A stretch of DNA of 64,000 nucleotides from contig JBBRBZ010000001.1 in NCBI GenBank assembly GCA_038205305.1, positions 1,811-65,810 on the forward strand. The letters run 5' to 3'. Numbering within the stretch: the stretch's first letter is position 1; every line of letters begins with the position of its first letter. Of the stretch, positions 26,865 through 36,139 are shown piece by piece. The DNA comes from Gemmatimonadales bacterium (lineage in GTDB: Bacteria; Gemmatimonadota; Gemmatimonadetes; Gemmatimonadales; GWC2-71-9). The translations under genes were made by a program, and so were the position numbers. Below the pieces are notes generated by a model that saw only the letters and a program-made list of their open reading frames with translations, made no database searches and was not told the DNA's origin.

Positions 26865-29800
26865 TCAGGCGGCGGCGGTCTGGTCGCCGTGCTCGCTCAG
26901 CTTGACCCCGACGATGGTGGACACCCCCGGTTCCTGCATGGTGACGCCGTAGACGCTGTCGGCGGCCTGCATCGTCCGCGGGTTGTGGGTGATGACCAGG
27001 AACTGGGTGTCCTTCTTGAACTCGTCGAGGAGCAGCAGGAACCGGCCGACGTTGGCATCGTCGAGCGGGGCGTCCACTTCGTCCATGAGACAGAAGGGGC
27101 TCGGCTTGGTCAGGTAGATCGAGAAGAGCAGCGACACCGCCACCAGCGTCCGTTCTCCTGACGAGAGGAGATGGATGCGCTGGGTCCGCTTGCCGCGGGG
27201 CGCGGCATGGATCTCAATCTCGGATTCGAGCGGGTCGTCCGGGTCGCTGAGCCGCAGCTCGCACTCGCCGCCGCCGAAGAGCGTCTGGAAGACGTTCACG
27301 AAGTTGTCGCGGACCGCGTTGAAGGTCTCGAGGAAGAGCGCCCGCGCGGTGCCGTCGATTTCGTGGATGGCTTGGAGCAGCGACTGCCGTGCTGCCACCA
27401 GATCGTCACGCTGGGTCTGAAGGAAGGTCACGCGCTTGCTCTCCTCGGCGTGCTCCTCAATGGCGAGCGGATTGACGGGTCCGATCGATTCGAGTGAGCT
27501 GATGATTCGCTCCGCCTCGATCTCCAGACTCTCGAGGTCGAGGTCGAGCAACGGGGCGGTGTTGACCAGTTCCTCGAAGGTCTGCCGCCATTCGGTCTCG
27601 ACCCGCTCGACGATGCGGCTGCGCTGTGCCTTCGCCTCGGCGACACCCAGTTCGAGACGATGATGCTCCTCGGCGAGTGCCTCGACCTCCCGACGCGCCT
27701 CGGTGAGGGTGATCTCGGTCTCGTTCAGCTGCGCTTCGGCCGCGTGCTGTGCCGTCTCGGCTTCGGCATTGGCCGACTGCAACGCGGCGACGTGGCTCGC
27801 CCGTTCCTCGCGCGCGGCCTGCCACCGGGCGCGCTGCGCCTCGAGGGTCGTCGCATCGGCGAGCAGCCGGTCGATCTCCTCCGTGCGCGCGCGGCCACTT
27901 GCTTCCGCCTCGCTGATGACCTGCTTGGTGCGGGTCATCGCATCGGCGGCCGCGCGCAGTCGGGCGCTGATGTGCGCTTCCTGCACCTGCCACTGCGACC
28001 GTTCCTCGCGCGCCCGTTCCTGCTCGGCGTCGAGTGCCGCGAGCGCGAGTCGTCCCGCGACGAGGCCTTCGTCGAGCTGGGTCCGTTGACGAGTGCCGTC
28101 GGTGAGCGCGTGGTCGACCTCACCGAGCCGGGCTTCGGCACGGGCGAGCCGTTCGCCGAGTCGATCGAGCTGAGTGGTGAGTTCGGTGAGCTCGCGATCG
28201 AGGTTGGCTACCCGGCGCGCCAGATCCTCGCGAGCGGCGATGGCCTGTCGCTCCGTCTCGCGCAGGCGATCGGCGGCCTGCTGTGCCTGCTCGGCTGCGG
28301 CCTCGAGCTGCGCCAGCTCCGCGGCCGTTTCGCTGCGGCGGGCGTCGGCCTGCGCGAGTGTGACGGTGCCCCGCTCGACCTCGCGGGCCAGGCTCTTGAG
28401 TTCGGCCCGGCGCCGAAGCGGGCCCGAGGCCGCGGCCGGACCGGTCAGGTAGATCACGCCATTGGGCCGACGCAGGGCATGTCCCGCGGTGTCGAGGACT
28501 TCGGAGCCGCCGACCAGCGCACTCACCCACGATGCGGCGAGCGGATCGATGCGGAGTCGGCTGTCGACCGCTGCCTGGGCGGCGTGCGGTCCCGGAGCCA
28601 CCGGCAACAGGATGAGCGTGCCGGGGCGTTCCTCGGCATGCCACGCCTGCACCGCCTGGGCGGTGGCCGTGTCGCGCACCAGCACCGCATTGAGGAAATC
28701 GCCCAGCAACTGCTCGCCCAGTTCGGCCTGGTCGCCTTCGGTGGAGATGAAATCCGACAGCGGTCCGAGCACGCCGTCACCGAACCGAGCCCGATTGGCG
28801 AGCAGGGCGGCGGCGGCCGGGGCGAGTCCGACGCGGTCGCGTTCCAGCGCCTCGAGGGCGGCACGGCGGGCGGCCAGCTTGGCCAGGTCTTCCTCGAGCG
28901 CGCGTCGCTCCGCCAGCTCCCGCGCTTCCCGATCGCGCGTCTCACGCAACCGCAGTCGCGCCTGTTCTGCGACGGTGGTGCCGTGGCGGGTCGCGTCGCT
29001 CTCGCGCTCGGCCGTGGCGCGCGCCTCGGTGAGACGCTCGCCGGTGGCCTGCCGTTCCTGAGTGAGTTGCGTCTGGTGTGTTGCTTCCTGCGCCATTCGC
29101 TCGCGAAGGGATGCCAGCTCGCCCTCGAGCGCGGTGCGTTCGCCTTCGAGCGAGCGCAGTTGCTGCGCGGCCTGCTGCAATTCCTGCTCGAGCGCGCGCA
29201 CCGTCTCGCGTTGTGCGGCGAGGCGGGTGCGGACGGATTCCTCCTCCGATGCGCGGCCGGCCAGCTCCGCCTGCACGCGTTCGTGCTCGACGCCGGCGCT
29301 CTCATGCTCCGACGTGGCGCTGATCGATTCGCGCTGGGCCTGCTGGAGCCGGATCTCGAGCTCACTGCGCTCGGCCGCCGCGCGACTGCGGCGCTCGGCC
29401 GCGTTGGCCAGACGTTCGGCGGCAACGGCCAGGTCGCCGTCGAGGCGACCGAGTTCCACGCGCGAGGCCGCGAGATCTTCAGCCACCGTGGTCCGATGAC
29501 GCTCGGCGGCGTTGCGCTCGTGGGCTGCCGTCTCCCGACTCGCCTCGGTGGTGGCGAGGCGCTCACGGGCTTCGGGAAGGAGGGCGGTGAGTTCGGCGTG
29601 ACGCCGTTCAAACGTCTCGGCATCCTCGGTGAGCTGATCAAGCTTGCGGCGGGCGAGTGTGATCGTGACGGCGAACTTCTCCTCGGTGAGCGCGGAATGC
29701 CGCTCGGTCTTTCCCTTCTGGCGCGCCAGCGACCGCAACTGCGATTGCACCTCGGCAATCAGGTCTTCGAGCCGCTGGAGATCGGCGGCCGTCTCCTCGA

Positions 29801-30341
29801 GGCGCCGCGCGGTGGTGTGGCGGCGATCGCGGTAGAGTCCGACGCCGGCGGCCTCTTCGAAGAGCGACCGACGTTCGTCGGCACGATCGGAGAGCAGCAG
29901 GTCGATCATCTTCGCTTCGATCACCACGCCGGCATCGCTGCCGAGGCCGGTGCCCCGGAGCAGATCCTGGATGTCGCGCAGCCGCACGGGCGAGTTGTTG
30001 AGCAGGTAATCGCTCTGTCCCGACCGTGAGAGTCGGCGGGTCACCACCACCTCAGTGTACGGCGTGGGCAGGTCGCCGGCTGAATTGTCGAGATAGAGCG
30101 AGACCTGGGTCACGTTCACCGGGCGCCGCGTGGCGGCCCCCTGGAAGATCACATCCTCCATCTTGCCACCGCGGAGCAGGCGCGCGGACTGCTCGCCGAG
30201 GACCCAGCGGACGGCATCGGAGACATTCGACTTGCCGCAGCCATTGGGGCCCACGATGCAGGTCACGCCCTCCTCGAAGGAGAGCGACACGGTATCGGCA
30301 AACGACTTGAAGCCGGACAGTTCGAGCCGGGTAAGCTTCAT
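26865..30341 (-). CDS. smc: Chromosome segregation protein SMC
   Basis: ORF 26865..30413 trimmed to Met25 (MKLTRLELSGFKSFAD). Walker A GPNGCGKSN, long coiled coils, a hinge, the signature LSSGERTL and Walker B FCLMDEVDAPLD. Confidence 0.95.
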   Translation of the reverse strand: MKLTRLELSGFKSFADTVSLSFEEGVTCIVGPNGCGKSNVSDAVRWVLGEQSARLLRGGKMEDVIFQGAATRRPVNVTQVSLYLDNSAGDLPTPYTEVVVTRRLSRSGQSDYLLNNSPVRLRDIQDLLRGTGLGSDAGVVIEAKMIDLLLSDRADERRSLFEEAAGVGLYRDRRHTTARRLEETAADLQRLEDLIAEVQSQLRSLARQKGKTERHSALTEEKFAVTITLARRKLDQLTEDAETFERRHAELTALLPEARERLATTEASRETAAHERNAAERHRTTVAEDLAASRVELGRLDGDLAVAAERLANAAERRSRAAAERSELEIRLQQAQRESISATSEHESAGVEHERVQAELAGRASEEESVRTRLAAQRETVRALEQELQQAAQQLRSLEGERTALEGELASLRERMAQEATHQTQLTQERQATGERLTEARATAERESDATRHGTTVAEQARLRLRETRDREARELAERRALEEDLAKLAARRAALEALERDRVGLAPAAAALLANRARFGDGVLGPLSDFISTEGDQAELGEQLLGDFLNAVLVRDTATAQAVQAWHAEERPGTLILLPVAPGPHAAQAAVDSRLRIDPLAASWVSALVGGSEVLDTAGHALRRPNGVIYLTGPAAASGPLRRRAELKSLAREVERGTVTLAQADARRSETAAELAQLEAAAEQAQQAADRLRETERQAIAAREDLARRVANLDRELTELTTQLDRLGERLARAEARLGEVDHALTDGTRQRTQLDEGLVAGRLALAALDAEQERAREERSQWQVQEAHISARLRAAADAMTRTKQVISEAEASGRARTEEIDRLLADATTLEAQRARWQAAREERASHVAALQSANAEAETAQHAAEAQLNETEITLTEARREVEALAEEHHRLELGVAEAKAQRSRIVERVETEWRQTFEELVNTAPLLDLDLESLEIEAERIISSLESIGPVNPLAIEEHAEESKRVTFLQTQRDDLVAARQSLLQAIHEIDGTARALFLETFNAVRDNFVNVFQTLFGGGECELRLSDPDDPLESEIEIHAAPRGKRTQRIHLLSSGERTLVAVSLLFSIYLTKPSPFCLMDEVDAPLDDANVGRFLLLLDEFKKDTQFLVITHNPRTMQAADSVYGVTMQEPGVSTIVGVKLSEHGDQTAAA

Positions 30342-30449
30342 TGCATCACAGGAATGGGGTAGCCGCAGGCGGTACCACCCAGCCCGAGAGGGGGGGTGAT
30401 CCGGAAGGCGCAAAGATAGCGGTGGGCGGCCCGAATCGCAGGGCCTCGA

Positions 30450-31895
30450 TCAGGTGCCGCCGGCACCCGCCGTGACGATGAAATATGAGCGTCCCAGCCG
30501 CTTGCCGACCGCATCGGCCTCGTCCCGGGTGGGGTAGGGACCAACGACCACGCGATACCCCTGTTCAGGGCTCTCAGGATCGAGCACCTGGGACGGGAAG
30601 CCGCCATCCTTGAGCTGCTGGGAGAGCGCCTTGGCCCAGTCCTGGTTCTGGGAGGAGGAGACTTGGATGAAGAAACCGGTCTGGGCGCCGGCTGTCTTGC
30701 CAGCGACCGGGGTCTTGCCGACCGCAACCGGTGGGGCGGTACTGCCGGGCAGCGGAATGACGCTGTCCGGACGGACGGTCGGAGTCGTCGCCACCGCTGC
30801 CGGCGGCGAGAAGTCCAGGGCCGCGGACTTGGGCACCCAGGCGAGTGGAACGAAGAGATCATCGGCCGCGCCAGTGAGCCGGGCCGTCTGGGGAAGTTTG
30901 GGCGTGGTGAGGTCCAGGCTGACGACGTCCTTGTCCCGCCGGAGCAGGAGATTCTTTCCCGCAGTCACCGCCGGCAGATCGTCTTGCCACGGGGTAATGA
31001 CCGTCGTGACGATCGACCAGCCGGTGGCATCGATCACCCAGACCGAGTCGGTCTTGCCGTTGCGAGCGAGCAGCCAGCGCCCGGTACGATCCATCCGCAG
31101 GGCGGAGGCGGTGCCGGAGAGGGGCAGGGTGGCCACCTCGCTTCCGGTGAAGCGGTCGAACGCGACGATGTCCTTTGCCTGCCGTGCGATGTAGATCCGG
31201 TGCCCCGAAGGCGAGAAGACAGCATGCAGTGGCGTGCCGCTCACGGAGAGCAGTTTCGGCGGCCTCGCGCCGGACGGATCGACCAGCTCGAGCCCATTCG
31301 GGGTGATGACGGTGAAGAGTTCGCCGTAGAGTGTGACGGAGACTTCGCCCTTCGGAATCTTGATCCGACGACGTTCACCATCGTCACCGATGACCTGCGC
31401 CATGCCATCGTCGTGGGCGATGGCCACCACCTGGGAGCCGGGGCCTCGCACCAATTTGACGTTGCCCGCGATCAGCGAAGCGCGGTAGGTCTGCAAGGTC
31501 CGGTCACTGAGCCGGACCGCCTGATGCGTCGAGTCGAACCCGAACACCTCGCCGCTGGCTGTCCCGCTGAAGTCCTTGGCCTGCACTGACTGGGTGCAAC
31601 AGCGCCCCGCGAGGAGATCCAGATTGATCAGCCGCCCCGAGGGATCGACCGCGTACACTGTCCGGTCCGCCAGACTCGTCGCGAGCGTTCGTTCAATCGG
31701 CGGCACGCCCGGAATGCGATAGTCGATCGTGGTACGCAGGTCCGGTCGGAAGAGCGTGGCAGTGCCACCACTGCGGGGCAGTCGCAGCACGGACTCGCCC
31801 GTCATCGGCTCCGGTGCGAGTGGCTGCACCTTGGGAGTGGAGTCGCTGCAGCCGAGCATAGCGGCGACCACGACCGCAGCAAACACGTGCCGCAC
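30450..31895 (-). CDS. Lipoprotein with central beta-propeller-like region and C-terminal SPOR (septal peptidoglycan-binding) domain
   Basis: ORF 30450..31895. Lipobox AAMLGCS. C-terminus GFFIQVSSSQNQDWAKALSQQLKDGGFPSQV...GYRVVVGPYPTRDEADAVGKRL matches the SPOR pattern. Confidence 0.75.
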   Translation of the reverse strand: MRHVFAAVVVAAMLGCSDSTPKVQPLAPEPMTGESVLRLPRSGGTATLFRPDLRTTIDYRIPGVPPIERTLATSLADRTVYAVDPSGRLINLDLLAGRCCTQSVQAKDFSGTASGEVFGFDSTHQAVRLSDRTLQTYRASLIAGNVKLVRGPGSQVVAIAHDDGMAQVIGDDGERRRIKIPKGEVSVTLYGELFTVITPNGLELVDPSGARPPKLLSVSGTPLHAVFSPSGHRIYIARQAKDIVAFDRFTGSEVATLPLSGTASALRMDRTGRWLLARNGKTDSVWVIDATGWSIVTTVITPWQDDLPAVTAGKNLLLRRDKDVVSLDLTTPKLPQTARLTGAADDLFVPLAWVPKSAALDFSPPAAVATTPTVRPDSVIPLPGSTAPPVAVGKTPVAGKTAGAQTGFFIQVSSSQNQDWAKALSQQLKDGGFPSQVLDPESPEQGYRVVVGPYPTRDEADAVGKRLGRSYFIVTAGAGGT

Positions 31896-31906
31896 GATGC
31901 GCCCGC

Positions 31907-34900
31907 TCAGAAGACCGGCCCGAACGAGATGGTCCAGTACGGCTTCACGCCTGGGCGCTGCAACGGCTTGGTGTAGTCGAATCGCAGGATGACGAAGCCG
32001 AACAGGTTGATTCTCGCCGAGCCACCGATGGAGGTGAGTGGCACCCGGATGGCAGAGACGGACGATCCGGCCGGACGCGAGAACCGCACGCTGCTGCTGT
32101 CATCCCACGCGACGCCGGCATCAAAGAAGGCGGCCAGTTCCACCGGGGGCACCGCGGCGGGCCAGAAGCCGCGACCCGGTGTGATCACCGGGACGCGAAT
32201 CTCGGCGTTCGCCACGGCGATCGACGTGCCCACCAGCTGGTCGAGCGCGGTGCAGCCGGTGGCGGAGTTCGGATCGACTTGGGTCACCGCGCATTCATTC
32301 CGCGAATACGAGCCGCTGGTCTGGCCGCGGATCAGGTCGGGATAGCCCAGGAACATCTTGAACTGGTACGCATCGCGACCGGTCCGACCGTAGTACAGCG
32401 CGCGGGTGGCCAGCGTGAATGGCCCGAAGAGCTTGTCGTAGCGACGATAGTCGCCGACCAGCTGGGTGTAGCGCCAGCCGCCCAGCGTCGGCGTGATCTC
32501 GAACCGGGAGCGACGGCCCAGCATCGGTCCGATGTAGCCGCTCAACGAATTGTCGAAGACGTACGCAACGGACGGCTGCACCATGCCGACGTTCTGCAGG
32601 CCGATCCGCTGGGTGTACGGATCCTGGGTCAGCAGGCCGCTGCTCGGATCGAACGGCTCGAGCAGGTTGAGGATCGCGTCGTCAAGGTCGGTCACGGCGA
32701 AGCCAGCCTCCATGCGCTTGAAGCGCGAGAGCGGATAGATCGCCTGGACGAACGCTGAGCGGAGCACCAGACGTCGATACTGCTGGACGTAGGTGTTCTC
32801 GAATGCACTGGGACCCTCGATGATCCCGCTGCCCTGATAGAAGTAGTATGGCGTCTGCGAGAGGCCGGCCACCCAGTTCACCCGGTGGGACAGGTTCGCG
32901 TACGCGGCGAACACCTGGGCCTCATCGATGCGGCCATTCACGTAGCCGCTGAAGGCCAGCTGGTGCGAGCCGAGCATGTCGGAGAGCGACACCGACGTGC
33001 CGCCGAAGAAGCCGCGGCCGAAATTGTCCCGGGTGTAGCCGATGCTCGGCCGCGCAACGTAATCGGGCGTGAAGTGCACCTTGTAATCGCGCTGCGTGAA
33101 GGTCGCCGTGTCGGGCAACCCGAGCAGGGTCGAGTCCATCAGCTGCCGGATGGACACCGCGGCATAGGCTCGCTGCGCCACGGTCAGGGGCGAGACCGAG
33201 TCGGCCCGTCGGAAGCCCTGTGCCGAGCGGTAGATGGCGCTGTTGTTGCCGACCGTACTGTCGATGGGTGCCAACCGCCCGCTCGTGTCGCTCATCGCCA
33301 CCGAGACCGGCCGTGGGCGCCAGGGCTCCTTCTTCAGGCTGCGCGGATCGGGGAGCACGTAGACGTTGTAGTCGCCCTTCTCGTAGTAGACGTAGGCAAG
33401 CTTGTCCGCCTTGGGCGCCCACGACAGGATCGGCGACAGCGGCGTGATGCCCTGCGCGCCGGTGAAGAGATTGGTGAGCTGGTAGATCTCGCTGTTGGCC
33501 AGATCATAGAGGTAGATGTTGCTCACGCCGTCGCGATCGGAGACGAAGGCGAGCGACTTGCCGTCCGGTGCCCACTGCGGGTCCGTATTCTTGCCGTACT
33601 CCATTCCCTTCAGTGCGTCGATCCGCCCGGTGTCGAGGTGGTAGAGCGCCAGCCGGAAGTTGCCGATTTCCAGGGTCTGGAAGTTGGTCTCCGGACCGCG
33701 ATCGGTGGTGAAGGCGATGGTGCTGCCATCGGGCGACCACTGCGGATGGAAGTCAGCGTACTTGTCGTTGGTGAGCCGGGTGAGATTCTTCCCGTCGCGA
33801 TCGATCAGGAAGAGATCGGAGAGCCCGCCATCGTAGCCGGTGAAGACCAGGCGCTTGCCGTCGGGACTCCAGGCGGGCGTGGTCACCCCGCTCAATTCCA
33901 GGGTGATGTGATTCACTTCCTTGTTGCGCTTCACGTCGAGGATGACGATGTCGTCCTTGGGGCCGCGCTTGGCCGCGAACGCCAGGTACTTCCCGTCGGG
34001 CGACCAGCTGGCCGACGAGTTGATGAAGCGGAACGTCTCGTAGTTGGAGCTCCAGCTCGACTTGAGGAGCCGGCGAATCGGCTTGCCAGAGGTGCCATCC
34101 GCCAGCCAGAGGTCCACGAAGTAGAAATTCTTCTCCGAGAAGTAGGCAACCTGCGATCCGTCCGGTGACAGGGCGGGCGCCAAGTGCAGCGTGCCGTCAC
34201 TGCGCTCCTTGGTGAGCAGTGCCTGCGACACGGCCGATGCCTTCACCCGCGTGTCAAGCTCGGGGAGGTACTCCTTCTGCACCGCATCCCGCCACTGGTC
34301 GCCCAGCTGTCGGAAGTCGAGGCCGATCACCCGCCGGAAGGCCGCCTCGAGCGTGCCGGTGCGCGAGTTCTGGAGGATCGTGGCGATCGCCTCATCGCCC
34401 CACCGTTGACCGATGTAGGTCACGATGGCCTGACCGAACCGGTACGGAAAGATCCGCGGGTCGGTCTCGAGTTGCTTGATGGTCGGCAGCTTCCCCTCGG
34501 CCGCAGCGTCACGCAGCCACATCGCGGTATTCGCGTCGATCTTGCCGATCGAGAAGTACTCCGCCATTCCCTCGACGAACCAGAGCGGCGGATTGATGGC
34601 CATGATGGTCTGAATGCCACCGCCTGCCCGGCCACCGGACCAGACATCGTACTGGAACTGGTGGGTCATTTCGTGCTGCAGCACGTGCTCCACGTCGGCA
34701 TAGGAGCCGGTGAGCGGCAGCACGTTGCGGTGCTTCAGGAAGTCGGTGAAGCCACCGGTCCCCTCGCCGACCTCTTCGTCGGAAATCGTGGTCTGGACGA
34801 AATCGGAGTGCGACGCGTAGAGCACGATCGGCTTCCGCTCGCGGAACTGGTGCCGCAGCACCAGCGACAATCGCGCGTAGGACCGCTCGGCCATCCGGGC

Positions 34901-35077
34901 GACGTCATAGGCCGCCTCGCGCTCGACGGGGTAGTAGTAAACATCGAAGTGCTCGGTCTCGAGCACCTTGAAATCGAATTTGGTGTACTGGACCTTGTTC
35001 TGCCCGAAGTACTGGGCCGACACTGCTCGCGGAGCGAGGAGCAGGGCGATCGCGGAGAGCCAGGCGAGTTTGCGCAT
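31907..35077 (-). CDS. Giant outer-membrane protein: N-terminal gluzincin-like (HExxH) domain + TolB-type PD40 beta-propeller repeats + C-terminal Omp85/surface-antigen-like beta-barrel
   Basis: ORF 31907..35143 trimmed to Met23 (MRKLAWLSAIALLLAPRAVSAQ signal peptide). HVLQHEMTHQF, then WFVEGMAEYF. Repeated SPDG motifs (ALSPDGSQVAYF, ASWSPDGKYLAF, PAWSPDGKRLVF, PQWSPDGSTIAF, PQWAPDGKSLAF). The C-terminal about 400 aa is alternating beta-strand-like and ends ...YWTISFGPVF with a terminal Phe. Confidence 0.8.
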   Translation of the reverse strand: MRKLAWLSAIALLLAPRAVSAQYFGQNKVQYTKFDFKVLETEHFDVYYYPVEREAAYDVARMAERSYARLSLVLRHQFRERKPIVLYASHSDFVQTTISDEEVGEGTGGFTDFLKHRNVLPLTGSYADVEHVLQHEMTHQFQYDVWSGGRAGGGIQTIMAINPPLWFVEGMAEYFSIGKIDANTAMWLRDAAAEGKLPTIKQLETDPRIFPYRFGQAIVTYIGQRWGDEAIATILQNSRTGTLEAAFRRVIGLDFRQLGDQWRDAVQKEYLPELDTRVKASAVSQALLTKERSDGTLHLAPALSPDGSQVAYFSEKNFYFVDLWLADGTSGKPIRRLLKSSWSSNYETFRFINSSASWSPDGKYLAFAAKRGPKDDIVILDVKRNKEVNHITLELSGVTTPAWSPDGKRLVFTGYDGGLSDLFLIDRDGKNLTRLTNDKYADFHPQWSPDGSTIAFTTDRGPETNFQTLEIGNFRLALYHLDTGRIDALKGMEYGKNTDPQWAPDGKSLAFVSDRDGVSNIYLYDLANSEIYQLTNLFTGAQGITPLSPILSWAPKADKLAYVYYEKGDYNVYVLPDPRSLKKEPWRPRPVSVAMSDTSGRLAPIDSTVGNNSAIYRSAQGFRRADSVSPLTVAQRAYAAVSIRQLMDSTLLGLPDTATFTQRDYKVHFTPDYVARPSIGYTRDNFGRGFFGGTSVSLSDMLGSHQLAFSGYVNGRIDEAQVFAAYANLSHRVNWVAGLSQTPYYFYQGSGIIEGPSAFENTYVQQYRRLVLRSAFVQAIYPLSRFKRMEAGFAVTDLDDAILNLLEPFDPSSGLLTQDPYTQRIGLQNVGMVQPSVAYVFDNSLSGYIGPMLGRRSRFEITPTLGGWRYTQLVGDYRRYDKLFGPFTLATRALYYGRTGRDAYQFKMFLGYPDLIRGQTSGSYSRNECAVTQVDPNSATGCTALDQLVGTSIAVANAEIRVPVITPGRGFWPAAVPPVELAAFFDAGVAWDDSSSVRFSRPAGSSVSAIRVPLTSIGGSARINLFGFVILRFDYTKPLQRPGVKPYWTISFGPVF

Positions 35078-35106
35078 GGGTGGGACCTCCCGTCCGGCGC
35101 GGACGG

Positions 35107-35469
35107 TCACGTTTCGGAGAAGAGCGCTGGTGCGTCCTGCCACAGGCGTTCAAGCTGGTAGAACGCCCTGGTCTCCGGGTGGAACAGGTGAACGACGACA
35201 TCCACGAAGTCGAGCAGGACCCAGCGGCCACCAGTCAGGCCTTCTACATGATGCGCCGGATGTCCGCTCGTGTCCATCATCCGCTGTACCCCATCCGCCA
35301 GCCCGCGCACGTGTGCATCGGAGGTGCCGGACGCGATCACGAAAAAATCGGCGAAATCGTTGAGTCCCCTGAGGTCCAGTACGAGAATACTGACGCCTTT
35401 CCGATCTTCGATCGCGGCGACCAGTGGCTGCACCTGCCGGGGCAACCGTGCCAACGTGCCGCTGCTCAT
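35107..35469 (-). CDS. rsfS: Ribosome silencing factor RsfS (iojap-like)
   Basis: ORF 35107..35469. KGVSILVLDLRGLNDFADFFVIASGTSDAHV...WVLLDFVDVVVHLFHPETRAFYQLERLW is the RsfS signature. Confidence 0.92.
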   Translation of the reverse strand: MSSGTLARLPRQVQPLVAAIEDRKGVSILVLDLRGLNDFADFFVIASGTSDAHVRGLADGVQRMMDTSGHPAHHVEGLTGGRWVLLDFVDVVVHLFHPETRAFYQLERLWQDAPALFSET

Positions 35470-35606
35470 CGGTACCGGGTCCGCTGGCTGAAGTGCATGT
35501 CTGCCAGATGAAGGATGGAATACCCGATCAGAGGGAACGCATCAGCGTGGTGATTTGAGACAGTCTCCACTGTGCAGAATGAGACGCCGAGACGGCACAC
35601 TGATGG

Positions 35607-35641
35607 CACGGGAAGGGAGACGGTCTGGCTCCCTTCTCGTG
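35607..35641 (-). terminator. Strong GC-rich hairpin downstream of rplI (terminator candidate, no U-tract)
   Basis: Minus-strand RNA CACGAGAAGGGAG-CCAGACCGU-CUCCCUUCCCGUG: a 13-bp stem with one A-C mismatch. It begins about 50 nt after the rplI stop. Confidence 0.45.
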
Positions 35642-35689
35642 ACACAGGGCGGCGCGTGCTGGTGGGGGGCACTGGGGCGGCAGGGCCGA

Positions 35690-36139
35690 TCAGCTCTCGG
35701 CCGTCACGTTCACCTTGACGTCCGCGTGCACGTCGTGATGCAGCCGGACCACGACCGTGTGGAAGCCGAGGTGCTTGAGCGGGTGCTCGAGCTCGATCTT
35801 CCGTTTGTCCACCGTCAGGCCCTTGGTGGCGAGCTGCTCGGCGATATCGCCCGAGGTGATTGACCCGAAGAGCTTGCCATCCTCACCGGCCTTGGCGGTG
35901 AAGCTCAGCGCGACCGCGCCCAGCTGCAGCGCGAACTTCTCGGCCTCGGCGCGCTCTGCGGCCGCCTGGGCGTCGCGGGCCTTGCTCTCGGCGGCGATGC
36001 GCTTCTTGTTGCCCTCGGTGGCCTCGAATGCCAGTCCGCGGGGCAGCAGGAAATTCCGGCCGTAGCCGGGCTTTACCCGCACCATGTCACCCGCCTTGCC
36101 GAGGGAGGGGACGCTCGTGCGAAGAATCAGTTCCATCAT
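35690..36139 (-). CDS. rplI: 50S ribosomal protein L9
   Basis: C-terminal part of ORF 35690..37078, starting at ATG 36139 (ATGA overlap with the upstream stop). MMELILRTSVPSLGKAGDMVRVKPGYGRNFLLPRGLA is the canonical L9 N-terminus. Confidence 0.93.
   Translation of the reverse strand: MMELILRTSVPSLGKAGDMVRVKPGYGRNFLLPRGLAFEATEGNKKRIAAESKARDAQAAAERAEAEKFALQLGAVALSFTAKAGEDGKLFGSITSGDIAEQLATKGLTVDKRKIELEHPLKHLGFHTVVVRLHHDVHADVKVNVTAES

Noticed and set aside
27660-30029. 789-aa plus-strand ORF (and several 80-200-aa ORFs in 27171..30400)
   Set aside because: These are antisense to smc, whose Walker A, signature and Walker B motifs are unambiguous. The composition is Gly/Arg/Leu-rich with no motifs.
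35466-35672. 68-aa minus-strand ORF ending in ATGA overlap with rsfS
   Set aside because: It has no recognisable similarity, odd composition and no convincing ribosome-binding site. It is kept only as part of the low-priority spacer observation, not called as a gene.
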